From Alphaproteobacteria bacterium (GTDB lineage Bacteria; Pseudomonadota; Alphaproteobacteria; Bin95), in NCBI GenBank assembly GCA_963665325.3, contig CAXXWS020000003.1:192001-256000 (forward strand): 64,000 nt of DNA, written 5' to 3'. Position numbers and translations under genes: made by a program. Position 1 is the first letter of the stretch. Every line of letters starts with the position of its first letter. The notes beneath the pieces are model-generated. The model made no database searches. It was not told where the DNA came from and was given only the letters and a program-made list of their open reading frames with translations. This document shows, one piece after another, positions 22,925 to 35,540 of this stretch.

Positions 22925-24396
22925 GGCGCATCTCCCCGATCTTCGTCCTCGCCCGGACCGGGCGTCTTGTCATGGGGCAGCCAGGCCGGCGGCAGGCCGG
23001 TTGCGGCCTGGGCGTCGAGCATGCCCTTGAGCAGCGGCGGAAGTTCCCCCGTCCCCGCGCCGCCATTGCCATCGTTGCCGCCGGGGCCGGCGGGACGGCG
23101 CACGCCATCGGCGTTGCCGCGCTTGTCGAGGGGGTACAGCGTGCACAGGCGCTCGCCGCCTCGACCGTCGATCAGATCGACGCTGGCGAGGTTCCAGCGC
23201 GCGTAACGGATCCAGGCCTCGCGCAGGTGGCGCCACGGCTGTGGCACCTGGTAGCGGATGCCCTCGACCGAGACGGTGCCGTCCGAGCGCCTGAGCGTGC
23301 GCTTCCTGGTGATGCGGAAGGCCGCCTTGAGCTCGGCCGAGCCGGGGCAGGATCTCGACGCGTCGACGCTCCCGGCCAGGCGTTGATGCGGCGTCATGCC
23401 GAGCTCGCGGTGCTTGCGGCGGTGATAGTCCTGCTCCAGCCAGGCGATGGTGGCGTCGTTGAGCATCTTCAAGGTAAGCGCGTCGACGCCTTCGAGCTGA
23501 GCCATCAGGCGCGATTCGACCGTGCCCCAGAACGACTCGATCTTGCCGTTCTGATGGGGGCTGTAAGCGAGCGTCGTGACCCCCGCGATGCCGAGCCGGT
23601 GCAACCCCTCCTCGACCTCGCCCGCGGTCATCGCCGCGCCGTTGTCGGTCAGCAGGGACCTCGGCAGACCGCGCTTCATGAAGGCCTGGCAAAGGCCGTG
23701 GACGAACACCTCGGCGGTCTCGGCGAGGTACCACTGAAGGTGGCAGCCGAGGCGCGAGTGGTCGTCGAGGAAGCCGAGCAGGATCGGCGTCTTCCACTCG
23801 CCCGAGGCGGTCAGCACGCGACGCTTGGCGCTGTGCATGTCGGCGTGCCACAGGGCGTGAGAGCGCGAGACCTCGTAGCTCAATACCTCGCGGGCTTCGA
23901 CCGCCGGCCTGGCCTCGCTCTCATGCCACTTGCGCCGGCGCTTGCGTACCAGCCCGCGAGCCCGCATCGCCCGGGTCAGCGTCGCGTAGGACGGTATCGG
24001 GCCGAGCTCGGGATCGGCCTCGACCCGCGCGGCCAGATTCTCGTGATGAAGCTGCGCCGACCACGACGGATGCGCCCGGTACTGCTCGTGCAGCGCCTCG
24101 ATCAGCGTCGGCGACATCGCGCGCGGGCGCCCGGCATCGGCGCGCGGGCGCCGCTTGAGCGCCCCCACCGGATCGTTGTCCGCCGCCCGCGCCTGGTAGT
24201 ACCAGCGCTCGATCGTGGACACCGCGAAGCGCACCCGGCCCTTGCCGGACGGGTGATCCCACTCGCGTTCGGCAAGCCGCTCAAGCTCGGCGTGCAGCCG
24301 CCCCGCCGGCGGCGGCGAGGCCAGAAGCGGCCCGACCACCGCGAAGCGCAACCGCGCCCACCGGTCGCGACGCTCGCTCCCGTCGTTGCTGTTCAT
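22921..24396 (-). CDS. DDE integrase/transposase (rve core, Mu-transposase-like C-terminus)
   Basis: N-terminal HTH (STIERWY); LWHAD, LLTDNGAAM and NGKIESFW catalytic motifs; RTLRRSDGTVSVEGIRY. Confidence 0.9.
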   Translation of the reverse strand: MNSNDGSERRDRWARLRFAVVGPLLASPPPAGRLHAELERLAEREWDHPSGKGRVRFAVSTIERWYYQARAADNDPVGALKRRPRADAGRPRAMSPTLIEALHEQYRAHPSWSAQLHHENLAARVEADPELGPIPSYATLTRAMRARGLVRKRRRKWHESEARPAVEAREVLSYEVSRSHALWHADMHSAKRRVLTASGEWKTPILLGFLDDHSRLGCHLQWYLAETAEVFVHGLCQAFMKRGLPRSLLTDNGAAMTAGEVEEGLHRLGIAGVTTLAYSPHQNGKIESFWGTVESRLMAQLEGVDALTLKMLNDATIAWLEQDYHRRKHRELGMTPHQRLAGSVDASRSCPGSAELKAAFRITRKRTLRRSDGTVSVEGIRYQVPQPWRHLREAWIRYARWNLASVDLIDGRGGERLCTLYPLDKRGNADGVRRPAGPGGNDGNGGAGTGELPPLLKGMLDAQAATGLPPAWLPHDKTPGPGEDEDRGDAP

Positions 24397-24444
24397 TCCG
24401 GCATCCCCCTCGCTGCTTCGTGGAGGTGCCGATGATGCGGTGCC

Positions 24445-25059
24445 CTATCCGTGCATCATAGAAACGCTTTCTGCGGGCGAAGCCGGACCTGCGCCGAGCG
24501 CGCAAAAGCCGGTCCACGGCATCAGCCAGACCAGGCTCCGCAGCAGCCGCGAGCGGAAGCCACGGCCCCGCATGATGCGCAGCAGCCGGCGCAGCGGCGC
24601 CTCTTCGGGCGGCGCCGCCAGCTCGCCCCGTCTCGCCTGCCACTCCCGGGTCAGCGGGAAGGCTTCCAGCCACCAGCGCCGCCAGCGCTTCAGCGTCGAG
24701 GCCGGAACCCCGCACCGCCGCGCGATCGTCTGCAACCGCGCGCCGCCGGCCACAGCCAGCGCACTCACCACAAGGAACAGCGCCCCGACGTAAAAGCGCC
24801 TGCCGAAGAAACGCACCGACGGCGGCTTCACGCGGCGTCGGCACACCGAACAGCACAGGCTGAAGCGCCGAACGTCGTTCCGAAGATTCGCCGCCAGACC
24901 GTGCGGCTTGCGCGGGTAGCTCGCGCTGTGAAGCGCGCCGCCGCAGCGCGGGCAACCCGCCGCCCGGCACGCCTCCGCCTCGGCCGCGTCGACCTGCTTC
25001 AGAAAATCCCAAACCCGGGCGTTGGAGAGATTGGAGTGCCGGAACAGCTTGTGCGACAT
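24445..25059 (-). CDS. Zn-finger/HTH protein (DUF6431-like) leading the transposon operon
   Basis: CPRCGG...CCSVCRRR...PPSVRF; HTH GVPASTLKRWRRWW. Confidence 0.75.
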   Translation of the reverse strand: MSHKLFRHSNLSNARVWDFLKQVDAAEAEACRAAGCPRCGGALHSASYPRKPHGLAANLRNDVRRFSLCCSVCRRRVKPPSVRFFGRRFYVGALFLVVSALAVAGGARLQTIARRCGVPASTLKRWRRWWLEAFPLTREWQARRGELAAPPEEAPLRRLLRIMRGRGFRSRLLRSLVWLMPWTGFCALGAGPASPAESVSMMHG

Positions 25060-25206
25060 TGGGGCCGTCTCAGGTTGATGTCACTGTCACCGAGACAAGC
25101 CCTCCGGCGGCCTTCTTGCAAGATCGCCGGGGGGCACCCAATCCAAAACCTCGATTAATCCGAGCCGATCAGCCCCTGATCGCCGCTGAAAGCCTGCGCC
25201 CGCTCA

Positions 25207-28200
25207 GCGATGGTCAGCGACAGCGCCCCGACCGTCGCGTAATCGGTGCCCTCGGTCGCGGTGTCCGACGCCGACCCGACCGCGACCGTCACGCTGGTGG
25301 CGCTCGCGCGCGGCGCGTGGTCCAGCGTGCCCGTCACCGTCACCACCGTCGCACCGGCGTCCTCGTCGACACTCGTCGGCTCGACCGACAGCGCCACCGC
25401 CGTCGACGCCGTCTCGTCGTCGTCGACCGTCACCTCGACCGCGGCCACCGTCACCGACCCGTAGTCGCCCCCCGAGACAGCGTGCGTAACCCGCCCGCTG
25501 TCCGCGTCCCCGTCCGGGTCGTGCTTCGCGCTCACCGTCACCGTGCGCGCCATGTTCCAGTTCGACGGCGTGAACGTCACCGTCGCCGGCGCCACCGACA
25601 GGTCGGCATTGCTCTGCGCCGACGGCGTCACCGTCACATCGCCCGTGGGCTCGGAGGCCAGCACCAGGGTGTAGGTCGCGGAGCTGCCCTCCGGCACCCC
25701 CAGCGTCGCGACGCTCGGCGTGACGCCGCGCACATCGTCCTCGCCGATCGTCAGCGTCGCGCCCGTCACGCCCAGCCCGGTGACCGTCGTGGCTCCCGTC
25801 ACCGACACCGTCTCGTCGCCCTCGTCCACCGCGTCGTCGCTCGGCGTCAGCGTGAACGTCCCCGTGTGCGACACGCTGCCGGCCGGAATGGTCAGCGTGA
25901 AGTCGTCCACCGCCGTGAAATCCGTCCCCGACGTCGCCGTGTCCGAGCCGACGCTCACCGTCACCGGCGTCGCCGCGTCACGGACGCCCGCATCCAGCGA
26001 CGCCGTCACCGTCACCACCGTCGCGCCGGCGTCCTCCGCCACCGTCGTGGGAGCAAGCCCCAGCGACACCGTCGTCGAGGCCGCCTCCACCGTCACCGTG
26101 TAGGGCGCACTCGCCGCGGCGTTCCAGTCCGCCGACGCCGCCGCCGACGCCGTCACCGGGCACGACCCCACCCCCACCAGCGTCAGCACCCCGGTCGACG
26201 CCGCCACCGAGCACACCCCCGACGCCGAGGCCGGCACCGAGTAGCTCACCACCGTCTCGGCACCGCTCGGCGCCGTCACCGTCGGCGCGCTCGCGCCCAA
26301 CGTCACCGTCGACGCGCTGTAGGCGAACCCCGACAGGTCCTGCTCCCCCTTCGCCACCGCCGGGAACGTGATGTCCACCGCCGCCGGGTTGCCCGCCGCG
26401 TCGAGCACCGTCACCACCGCCTCCGACGCGGACGCGGACGCCGCCGTCGGCGTGCCCGACACCACCCCCGTCGACGCCGCGATGGCCAGCCCCGCCGGCA
26501 ACCCCGACGCCTCATACCCGGCGATGTCCGCACCGTCCGTCGGGCTCAGCGCCGCCATCGCCTCGCCCACCTGCAGCGCCGCCGGCGCCACATATGTCGG
26601 CGCCGTCGGACCGCTCAGGTCCACAACCACCGTGCGCGTCACATCCGCCGACGTGTACCCCGACTTCTGCGCCGACACCGTCACCGTCACGCTCGCGCCC
26701 GTCACATAGGACGCGTCCGCCGGCACCCGCACCGACCACCGCGCCGCACCCGACACATCCGCCGACGTCGCCGTCAGCGTCGTCCCGCCAATCTCAACCT
26801 CCACGCCCGCACCCGTCACCGTGCCCGTGCCGCCCGAAATCGCGAACCCAGACGCCTTCTCCGCGATGTTCACCGTGTCGTCGCCCGCCACCTTGTCGAC
26901 CGTCAGCTCCAGCGACGGCGGCGTCTCGTCGTCGGCGAGCCCGAGCGTCGTCCCGGTCACCGTGAGATCGTCCTCGCGGCCCGACACCGCGATCGTCTCG
27001 GCCCCCTCGTAGACAGCGTCGTCGGTCGGCGTCAGCGTGAACGTCGCCTCGCCCGTCGGCGCGCCGGCGGCGATGGTCAGCGACAGCGCCCCGACCGTCG
27101 CGTAATCGGTGCCCTCGGTCGCGGTGTCCGACGCCGACCCGACCGCGACCGTCACGCTGGTGGCGCTCGCGCGCGGCGCGTGGTCCAGCGTGCCCGTCAC
27201 CGTCACCACCGTCGCACCGGCGTCCTCGTCGACACTCGTCGGCTCGACCGACAGCGCCACCGCCGTCGACGCCGTCTCGTCGTCGTCGACCGTCACCTCG
27301 ACCGCGGCCACCGTCACCGACCCGTAGTCGCCCCCCGAGACAGCGTGCGTAACCCGCCCGCTGTCCGCGTCCCCGTCCGGGTCGTGCTTCGCGCTCACCG
27401 TCACCGTGCGCGCCATGTTCCAGTTCGACGGCGTGAACGTCACCGTCGCCGGCGCCACCGACAGGTCGGCATTGCTCTGCGCCGACGGCGTCACCGTCAC
27501 ATCGCCCGTGGGCTCGGAGGCCAGCACCAGGGTGTAGGTCGCGGAGCTGCCCTCCGGCACCCCCAGCGTCGCGACGCTCGGCGTGACGCCGCGCACATCG
27601 TCCTCGCCGATCGTCAGCGTCGCGCCCGTCACGCCCAGCCCGGTGACCGTCGTGGCTCCCGTCACCGACACCGTCTCGTCGCCCTCGTCCACCGCGTCGT
27701 CGCTCGGCGTCAGCGTGAACGTCCCCGTGTGCGACACGCTGCCGGCCGGAATGGTCAGCGTGAAGTCGTCCACCGCCGTGAAATCCGTCCCCGACGTCGC
27801 CGTGTCCGAGCCGACGCTCACCGTCACCGGCGTCGCCGCGTCACGGACGCCCGCATCCAGCGACGCCGTCACCGTCACCACCGTCGCGCCGGCGTCCTCC
27901 GCCACCGTCGTGGGAGCAAGCCCCAGCGACACCGTCGTCGAGGCCGCCTCCACCGTCACCGTGTAGGGCGCACTCGCCGCGGCGTTCCAGTCCGCCGACG
28001 CCGCCGCCGACGCCGTCACCGGGCACGACCCCACCCCCACCAGCGTCAGCACCCCGGTCGACGCCGCCACCGAGCACACCCCCGACGCCGAGGCCGGCAC
28101 CGAGTAGCTCACCACCGTCTCGGCACCGCTCGGCGCCGTCACCGTCGGCGCGCTCGCGCCCAACGTCACCGTCGACGCGCTGTAGGCGAACCCCGACAGG

Positions 28201-31200
28201 TCCTGCTCCCCCTTCGCCACCGCCGGGAACGTGATGTCCACCGCCGCCGGGTTGCCCGCCGCGTCGAGCACCGTCACCACCGCCTCCGACGCGGACGCGG
28301 ACGCCGCCGTCGGCGTGCCCGACACCACCCCCGTCGACGCCGCGATGGCCAGCCCCGCCGGCAACCCCGACGCCTCATACCCGGCGATGTCCGCACCGTC
28401 CGTCGGGCTCAGCGCCGCCATCGCCTCGCCCACCTGCAGCGCCGCCGGCGCCACATATGTCGGCGCCGTCGGACCGCTCAGGTCCACAACCACCGTGCGC
28501 GTCACATCCGCCGACGTGTACCCCGACTTCTGCGCCGACACCGTCACCGTCACGCTCGCGCCCGTCACATAGGACGCGTCCGCCGGCACCCGCACCGACC
28601 ACCGCGCCGCACCCGACACATCCGCCGACGTCGCCGTCAGCGTCGTCCCGCCAATCTCAACCTCCACGCCCGCACCCGTCACCGTGCCCGTGCCGCCCGA
28701 AATCGCGAACCCAGACGCCTTCTCCGCGATGTTCACCGTGTCGTCGCCCGCCACCTTGTCGACCGTCAGCTCCAGCGACGGCGGCGTCTCGTCGTCGGTA
28801 ATCGTCCCGGTTGCCGTCGCCTTCGTTCCCAGCACGGCATTCGACGAGGGGCTCGAGAGCGTCAGCGTGAAGGTCTCGGCGTCTTCGTCGGTGCTGTCGG
28901 CCAGGGTGGAGATCGAGATGGTCGCGCTCGTCTGACCGGCAGCGATGGTCAGCTCCGCATTGCTCGCAGGTGGCGTGTAGTCCGTCTCGGCCGTCGCCGT
29001 CACGTCCGTGGTCGCGTATTGCACGGTCACCGCCGACGAAGCCGGCGGATTGAGGGTCACCGTGAATTCAATCGGACTGCCCTCGGTCGCCGAGGCATCG
29101 GAAACCGTCAGCGTCGGTGTGTCGTCGTCGGTGATGGTGGCCGTGGCCGTCGCGACGCCGATACTGGCGTTGATTGCATTGCTGAGTGTCAGCGTGAAGG
29201 TCTCGGCGGACTCGATGAGGGTATCGTCGGTGATCGCCACCGAGACGGTCTTGCTGGCCGTGTTCGCGCCGATGGACAGGGTGCCGGACACACCGGTGTA
29301 GTCCGAACCGGCGACGGCCGTGCCGTTGGCGGTCGCGTAGTCCACGGTCAGCGCTTCACCGCTCACCACGTCCAGCGCCACCTCGAATACGGCGCTGCCG
29401 GCATTTTCCGACACGGTCAGGTTCCGGACCGAGAGCACCGGCTCGGGACTGTCGTTGCGCACCGCACGGAAGTTTATGTGGCCGGCCTCGTTGCCCCACA
29501 GGTCCTGGATGGGGTTCGTGCCCGGGGTATAGGACACCTTGGTGCCGCCGTAGGCGTGGCCCAGGGCGGAGTCGAGTGTGAGGGTCAGCGTCGCGCCGTC
29601 GATCTCGACGGCCGACACCGTCGCAACGCGTCCGCCCTCCAGGACAACGACGAAGTCGCCGGAATCCGGAACCGAGCCCGGGTCCAGATGCTCGGCAACT
29701 CCGCTCGCGCGTTCGAAGGTGAGCACCAGCGCGGCGCCGTTGACCACCGCGCCCGAGGCATCGCTCACGAGCACCGGCGCGGTGGTGTCCGCCTGGACGC
29801 CGGTGGTGAATTTCCCGTGGCGAAGATTGACCGCCCCATTGGTCGAGTCGCTGATGCTGCCGCCCCTCAGGATCAATCCGCGATCGGTGAGCATCGTGCC
29901 GTCCGAGCCGGCATTGGACGGGACGCTGATTGCGGATTCGGTGCCGGGAACGTCCGTCTGTACCGTCCAGCTGAACTTCAGCGTCGTGCCGCCCGAGCCG
30001 CTGGCATACGCCGCTTCCTGCAGGGCGCCGTCGCTCGCGCTGAACTTCAACGCCGGCGTGCCGCTGCTCGTGTCGACGCTCACCGCCTCGGAAAAGGTGA
30101 CCGTGAACTCGACGACCTCGCCCGCACCGTAATAGCCCGCCGGCGTGCCGACCGACGGGCTCGACGTGACCGCGATACTCGAAATGACCCGTGTGTGGAT
30201 GCTCCCGCCGGTCGCGGCGGCATGACCGATATTGGCAGCGACGGTGGTGTCCTTGTTGAATATGCCGCCGCCGTTCAACTCCAGTGCGTTGGCGGCCACT
30301 GTCACGCCGTCGGTGTCGTCATCGTCCGACTCGGTCACCGATCTGCGAAACACCAGCACCGTATCCGTGCTGGCACTCGCGCTGTAGCTCGCGTAGCTGT
30401 TTGTCGAGGCCGTACCATCGAGTTGCAGCGCCAGCCGCGGCGAGCCGGTCACACCCACCGCCTGGTCGAAGGTCAAGCTCACTTCCACGACATCGCCGAC
30501 GCCGTAATCACCGCCCGATGGCGCGTTGGTGAAGGCGACCCCCGTGATCGTGGCCCTGGCCGAATCGTCGTTCACGATGGTGCCGGTGGCCGTTGCCGTT
30601 CCGATCACGGCGTTCGACGTCGGGTTCGAGAGCGTGACCGTGAAGGTTTCATCCTCCTCATCGATCACATCGTCCCCGGTGACGATGGATATCGTTCCAC
30701 TGGTCTGACCGGCGCCGATCGTCAGGGAGGCGCCGGACGCGGGTGGCGTGAAGTCCGCCCCGTCCGCGTGCATCGTGTCCGAGGTCGCCGTGCCGTCGGT
30801 GGTGGCATATTCGACCGTCACGGCGCCCGAAGCCGCCCGGTCCAGCTTCACCGTGAATTCGACCGCGGCGCCCTCGGTGGCCGAAGCATCCTCGATGGTG
30901 ATCCTGGGCAGTCCGGGCGTGGCCGAGACCTCGTCGGAAGGCGTGCCGTCGGATGACCCGCTTCGCGTGGCAATCACGCGCACCGTGTAGCTCGTACCGT
31001 CGGTGAGAGCGGGGATCATGTGGCTGACGGTCGAGCCTGACGAAACGGTCGCTTGACGGGCGTCGGTCGCCGCATCGGCAAAGGATTCGGCGCCGGATTT
31101 CCATTGCACCTTGTAGCCGCCGGCGCCGGCGACCGCCGACCACCTGACAGTCAATGAACCCTGGTCGGGCGTGGCCGTCACGCCCATCACCTGCGACGGC

Positions 31201-34200
31201 GGACTCTCGTCGTCGGCGATGGTCACCTGCGCGGTACAGCCGTTCGTGCATACGGCCACACCTGGCGGCACCCCGCTGTCGAGAACCAGTACCTCGAAGT
31301 TCTCGTCACCTTCGACATCCGTGTCATCGATCAATTCGAGATCGAGTGCCTTGGTTGCCACGTAACGGTCACCTGAAGCCGCGAAATCTGAGGCCGCGAA
31401 GCGCACTAGCTGCTGTTGTGGAAAGTTGTAGTCCTGAGTTCTCGTGGCGGATCCCGCGTTGCTGCGCACGATGAGTCTCAGGTCCGCCATGTTCGTCGGC
31501 TCGGGCACGCCCGCTGCCGTTTCCGCAACGAGATTGAGCGTCACCGTGCCGGCATTCTCGAGAAAACCGTAGCTGCTGCGGTCAAGGGTGATGTCGAGGG
31601 CCGGATTGGCGGCCACCATGTTGACGGTGGATGAATCGTTGCTGCCGGAATCGTAGCCGACGCCGGATGCGATGGTGGCAGTCAGCGTGCCGTCGGCGTC
31701 AACGCCAGGTCTGAAGTCGTCGAGCCCGAGGGTGAGAGTCGCAGATGCCTGGTTGGCCGGAATGGTTACGGTTTGCGACAGTCTGGAAGCCGTCAGAAAC
31801 TCCTGGCTCTGAGTGAGGGTGACGGCCACCTCGAGCGGTGCGGCGCCGACCGGCGTTCGCGTCACGGTGAAACCCACGTCTTCGAGGACGAAGGGGACGC
31901 GCGAGTCGACACTGGCAATCGAGACGGTCGATGATTCGCGCGTCACCGTCAGGGTGTAGGTGCTCTCGGGCCGGGGCGGTCTTGCCGCCTTGACGGTGAT
32001 TTCGGTCTCATCGGCGCCGAGCGCGACCTGGTGGCCGGCGTCGTTGCTCGCATCGGCGGGCATGATCGATGCGGTCCCGCCGTCTGCCCCGGTCGCCGTC
32101 ACCGTCGCCTTGTCGAGGCTCCCCGTAATCGTCGCCGTGTAGGCTCTGGTCGACCCGGCGAATACGGGCGTCAGGGCAACCTCCGAACCCCCGTAGGAAA
32201 GCTGAAGCGAGCCGAGCAGCGCTGCAGCAAGTGTCTGGTCGCCCCGCACCTTGTGACCTGAGCGCGCGGTCAATCGCGTGCCACCGATATCGGCCTCGCG
32301 CTGGTCCGATACCCCCTTGATGGTCGCCCCGTTCAGCACCAGCGCATTGTCCGGAACGGCGAGGCCGTCGTCGTCCCGGTCCGATGCCACCACGGTGTGC
32401 TCGAAGTTGAGGGTCCGGCTCCCGGTCATGTCCACGTAGGCGAAGGCTCTCTCGACCACCGGGTTCGACGAGTCGAAATTCACCTGGAGCGTGGGGGCGC
32501 CGCCAGTGGTATCGAGTGCGATGTCTGCGGTGAAGGTCACGGCGATGGCGATGCGCTCACCCTGCGCATAGGTGTCGCTGCCGTGCAGCGGCGTGGAAGT
32601 GACCGTCACCTCCTGGATGCTCGGTATGCTTCGATTGACCTGTACCGTCTTGCGTCCCGGGTCCACGCTGTCGTAGCCGCCGCCGGTGCCGGTGTGGGTC
32701 AAGGCAAACGTGCCGCTCGTGCCGGTCACCGGATCCGCGGCGGTCACCGTGACGGTTTGCGCCTGATACCAGGTGTCGGGCGTAAACGTCAGGCTGGTGG
32801 GGCTGGTGGCGAGATTGTCTCCACCGCCGGCAATGGCCACTTCGACATTGCCGGTCGGCCGCCTCTTCAGGCGGACGCGGTAGTCGCCGGACGCGCCTTC
32901 GTCGATCGTGACCGTCGCGGTCGAGAACTTGTAGCCATAGGCGATGTCGTCGTCCTCGACGAACACTGGCAGGGTGACGTCAAGCGCATCGTCGTAGCCA
33001 CCGCCGGAGGCGCTGTGCTTCAGCGAATAGTGCTCTTCGTGGTCGGCGCTCGCGTCGTTGTTCGACCTCACGCTGATCTGCTGCGGCTCATCCCAGTTGT
33101 CGGTGGTGAAGGTCAGCGACGCCGACCGGCCCCCGCTACCGGTTGGAACGGTGCTGCCGACACCGACTCGCAGTCGATTGATGCCACCACCGGCGGCCCG
33201 GCGCGCGATTGCCACCGTCACATCGCCGGTCGGCGCACTTCCCAGCACGACCGTGTAGCTCGAGACGGGCAGCTTGGTTGTCGCGTCTGCCTCCAGGACA
33301 TGCAGGAGGGTCTCGGAAAGCAGGATCGCCGGCGTGGGCGCCATTTCCGTGACCAGTACATCCAGCTTGGCGGTGACCCCCGCGTAGTCGCCTCCGCTCG
33401 CTGTGTAGGTCAGAGCCACCTGATCATCGTCCGAATCGGAAGCGGCGGCCGCAGAGACCGTGACCGTCAGCGGCTGGTCCCACACATCGGGTTCGAACTC
33501 GAGCCGGGTCGGCGTGACCGTGAGGTCGGTGCCCGCATGTCCGGCCAGGTCGAGCGTCACCTTGCCCGTCGGTTTGGTCGCCAATTGGACGGTCCAGGTG
33601 GCGCTCGTGTCTTCGGGCACCGACAGCGAAGAGACCGAGAGTGTGATGTCGGGAACATCATTGTCGCTCAGGGTGACGTCGATATCGGCACTGACCGACC
33701 GATAGTTCCCGCCGCTTGCGCTGTGCGTCAGCGTGGGGTTCCCGCCGGACGCATCGTCATCCTGGGATGCCGTCAGGCTGACGGTCTGGGCCTGGTTCCA
33801 GTCCGACGAGGTGAAGCTCAGCCGGCTCGGGCTCGCGACGATGCCGGAGCTGGCGCCGGCGTCGATCGAGACGGTGACCGCTTCGCTCGGCGCGGTCGCC
33901 AGCGCCACCGTGTAATCCACGGTCTCGCCTTCGGTGATGTCGATGGACGATACCGAGAGGCTGAGCGCAGACGCGTCGTCGTCATAGATGGTCCCCAGCG
34001 CCGCCGACATGGTCCCGAGTTCCGCGTTGGTCGAGGGGTTCGACAGAGTCAGGGTGAAGGTCTCGGGGGTTGCCTCGTCGACGCTGTCCTGCGTCGTCGC
34101 GATGCTGATCGTGCCCGACGTCTCACCCGCGGCAATGGTCAGCGTCGTGCTGTTCACCGCGGTGAAATCCGTGGCGGAAGCCGTATCGGCGGCGGCGATC

Positions 34201-35540
34201 GAGGTCTCGTAGTCCACCGTGACATCGTCCGCGGCCGCAGGACTCAGGGTCACGGTGAACTCCACGCTCGAGCCCTCGACGGCAGATGCAGGGGCGATGT
34301 CGAGATCGGGAACGATGTCGCTTGCGAGAATCGTGCCGGTGGCCGATGCGGGGCTGCCGAGGACGGCGTTCGCGGACGGGCTGGACAGCGTGACGGTGAA
34401 CGTTTCCGCTTCTTCTTCGATGCTGTCGTCGATGGTCGCGATGGAGATGGTGGCGCTGGTCTGCCCGCTCGAGATGGTGACGCTCTGCGCCGATGCCGAC
34501 GTGTAGTCCGAACCGCCCGTCGCGCTGCCATTGCTGGTCGCGTACTCGACCGTCACGTCGTCGGAAAGCGACTGGCTGAGCGTGACGGTGAACTCCACGG
34601 CCGAGCCCTCGGCTGCCGATGCGTCGGAAATGCTCAGTTTGGGATAGTTCGGGTTGGCGTGGCCCTGAACGCTGAAGAGGAGGGAATCGGTTTCCGTAGT
34701 GGCGTTGCTCCAGCTCGAGCCGGTTTTATTCAGCCGGTTGTCTCCGATGCTCCAACCCGAGAGGCCGGTCGAGTCCTCCGTATCCGTTTCGTGCTTCCCC
34801 CAGGTCATCCGGTCGTTTTGCGACGCGTGCTCCTCGTTCACCACCACCCAATAGGTGGTGTTGGGCTCCAAGGTGATGTCTGCGGGTGCCGCGTAGGAAT
34901 GAAATGACGGCGGGACGCCGAATTGGATGCTGACGTCGTCCGGGGAGTCAGCGAGCTCGGCAAGCAGCGTTCCCGGGCGACCGGCGTTGTCATGCTTGAC
35001 GGTGGCGTAGGTGCCCGACCTGGCCGAAGCGGACGAGGTGTTTGAGGGAGCGAGCCGGATAGCGGACAGCGTATAGCCGGCGGCATTGTCACCCGTGGTG
35101 AAACTGGTGGCCGCGACGTCCGTATTGACGCCACAAAAGCATGCCAGGCTCTCGTTCGAGACCAGGGTTCGCGTCGTCTGCGCCTGCGCCTGTGCCGGCG
35201 CTGCCAGCAGCATCGCGAACGCCAGCAGGGCAGCCACCGGAAACCGCTTCGCAAGAAGCCGGAAGGCAGCGCTCGACGCGGCCCACGGCCGGCAGGCTGC
35301 GACTCGCGATACGTTGGCGGGCGTATCCGACAATCCTCCGTGTGGGCTTGCGACCTTCGTCGTCGCGGGCAATACCCTCGTAGACGTCTCGTCTATCGGG
35401 CACAGCGCGCGCGCTGTGCCCTCCGGCCACCGGGGCACAACCGCCACGCACTTTTCCGTTCCCGCCTCCAAGATGGACTTGGCGAGCCTCGCCAACCGAC
35501 CCGTCACCCGATGGGACCCCCTCACACTCTCTGACCGCAT
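25207..35540 (-). pseudogene. 5' part of the giant adhesin (signal peptide; Calx-beta, cadherin-like, FN3, SwmB-like and He_PIG-like Ig domains); start codon uncertain
   Basis: Signal-like VAALLAFAMLLAAPAQAQ; many Calx-beta motifs (VTVEYATSNGSATGGSDY); GLPAGLAIAASTGVVSGTPT; removing the 4,388-bp insert restores one frame to 13675. Confidence 0.88.

Larger units (their letters stand above)
20823..25206 (-). mobile_element. 4,384-bp four-gene DDE transposon with TG...CA ends and 4-bp target duplication GCGA
   Basis: The uninterrupted repeat copy reads GGCGGCGATGGTCAG; here GCGA occurs at 20819-20822 and 25207-25210; ends TGAGTGTGCTC and (reverse) TGAGCGGGCGC are imperfect inverted repeats. Confidence 0.9.
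19829..28798 (-). repeat. 1,863-bp (621-aa) apparently identical tandem repeat, ~2.5 copies, with the second copy interrupted by the transposon
   Basis: Identical sequence and shadow ORFs at 28231, 26368 and 20117; offsets are 1863 and 6251 (1863 + 4384 + 4). Confidence 0.95.

Noticed and set aside
21096-23108. 670-aa version of the AAA_25 ORF
   Set aside because: The upstream part overlaps the ExeA-like gene in another frame; the real start is the GTG at 22094 with an RBS
25059-30956. 1,965-aa Arg/His-rich plus-strand ORF (also 14101-18699, 19291-20844 and 32397-34907)
   Set aside because: Antisense shadows of the Thr/Val/Ala-rich adhesin in high-GC DNA; no motifs
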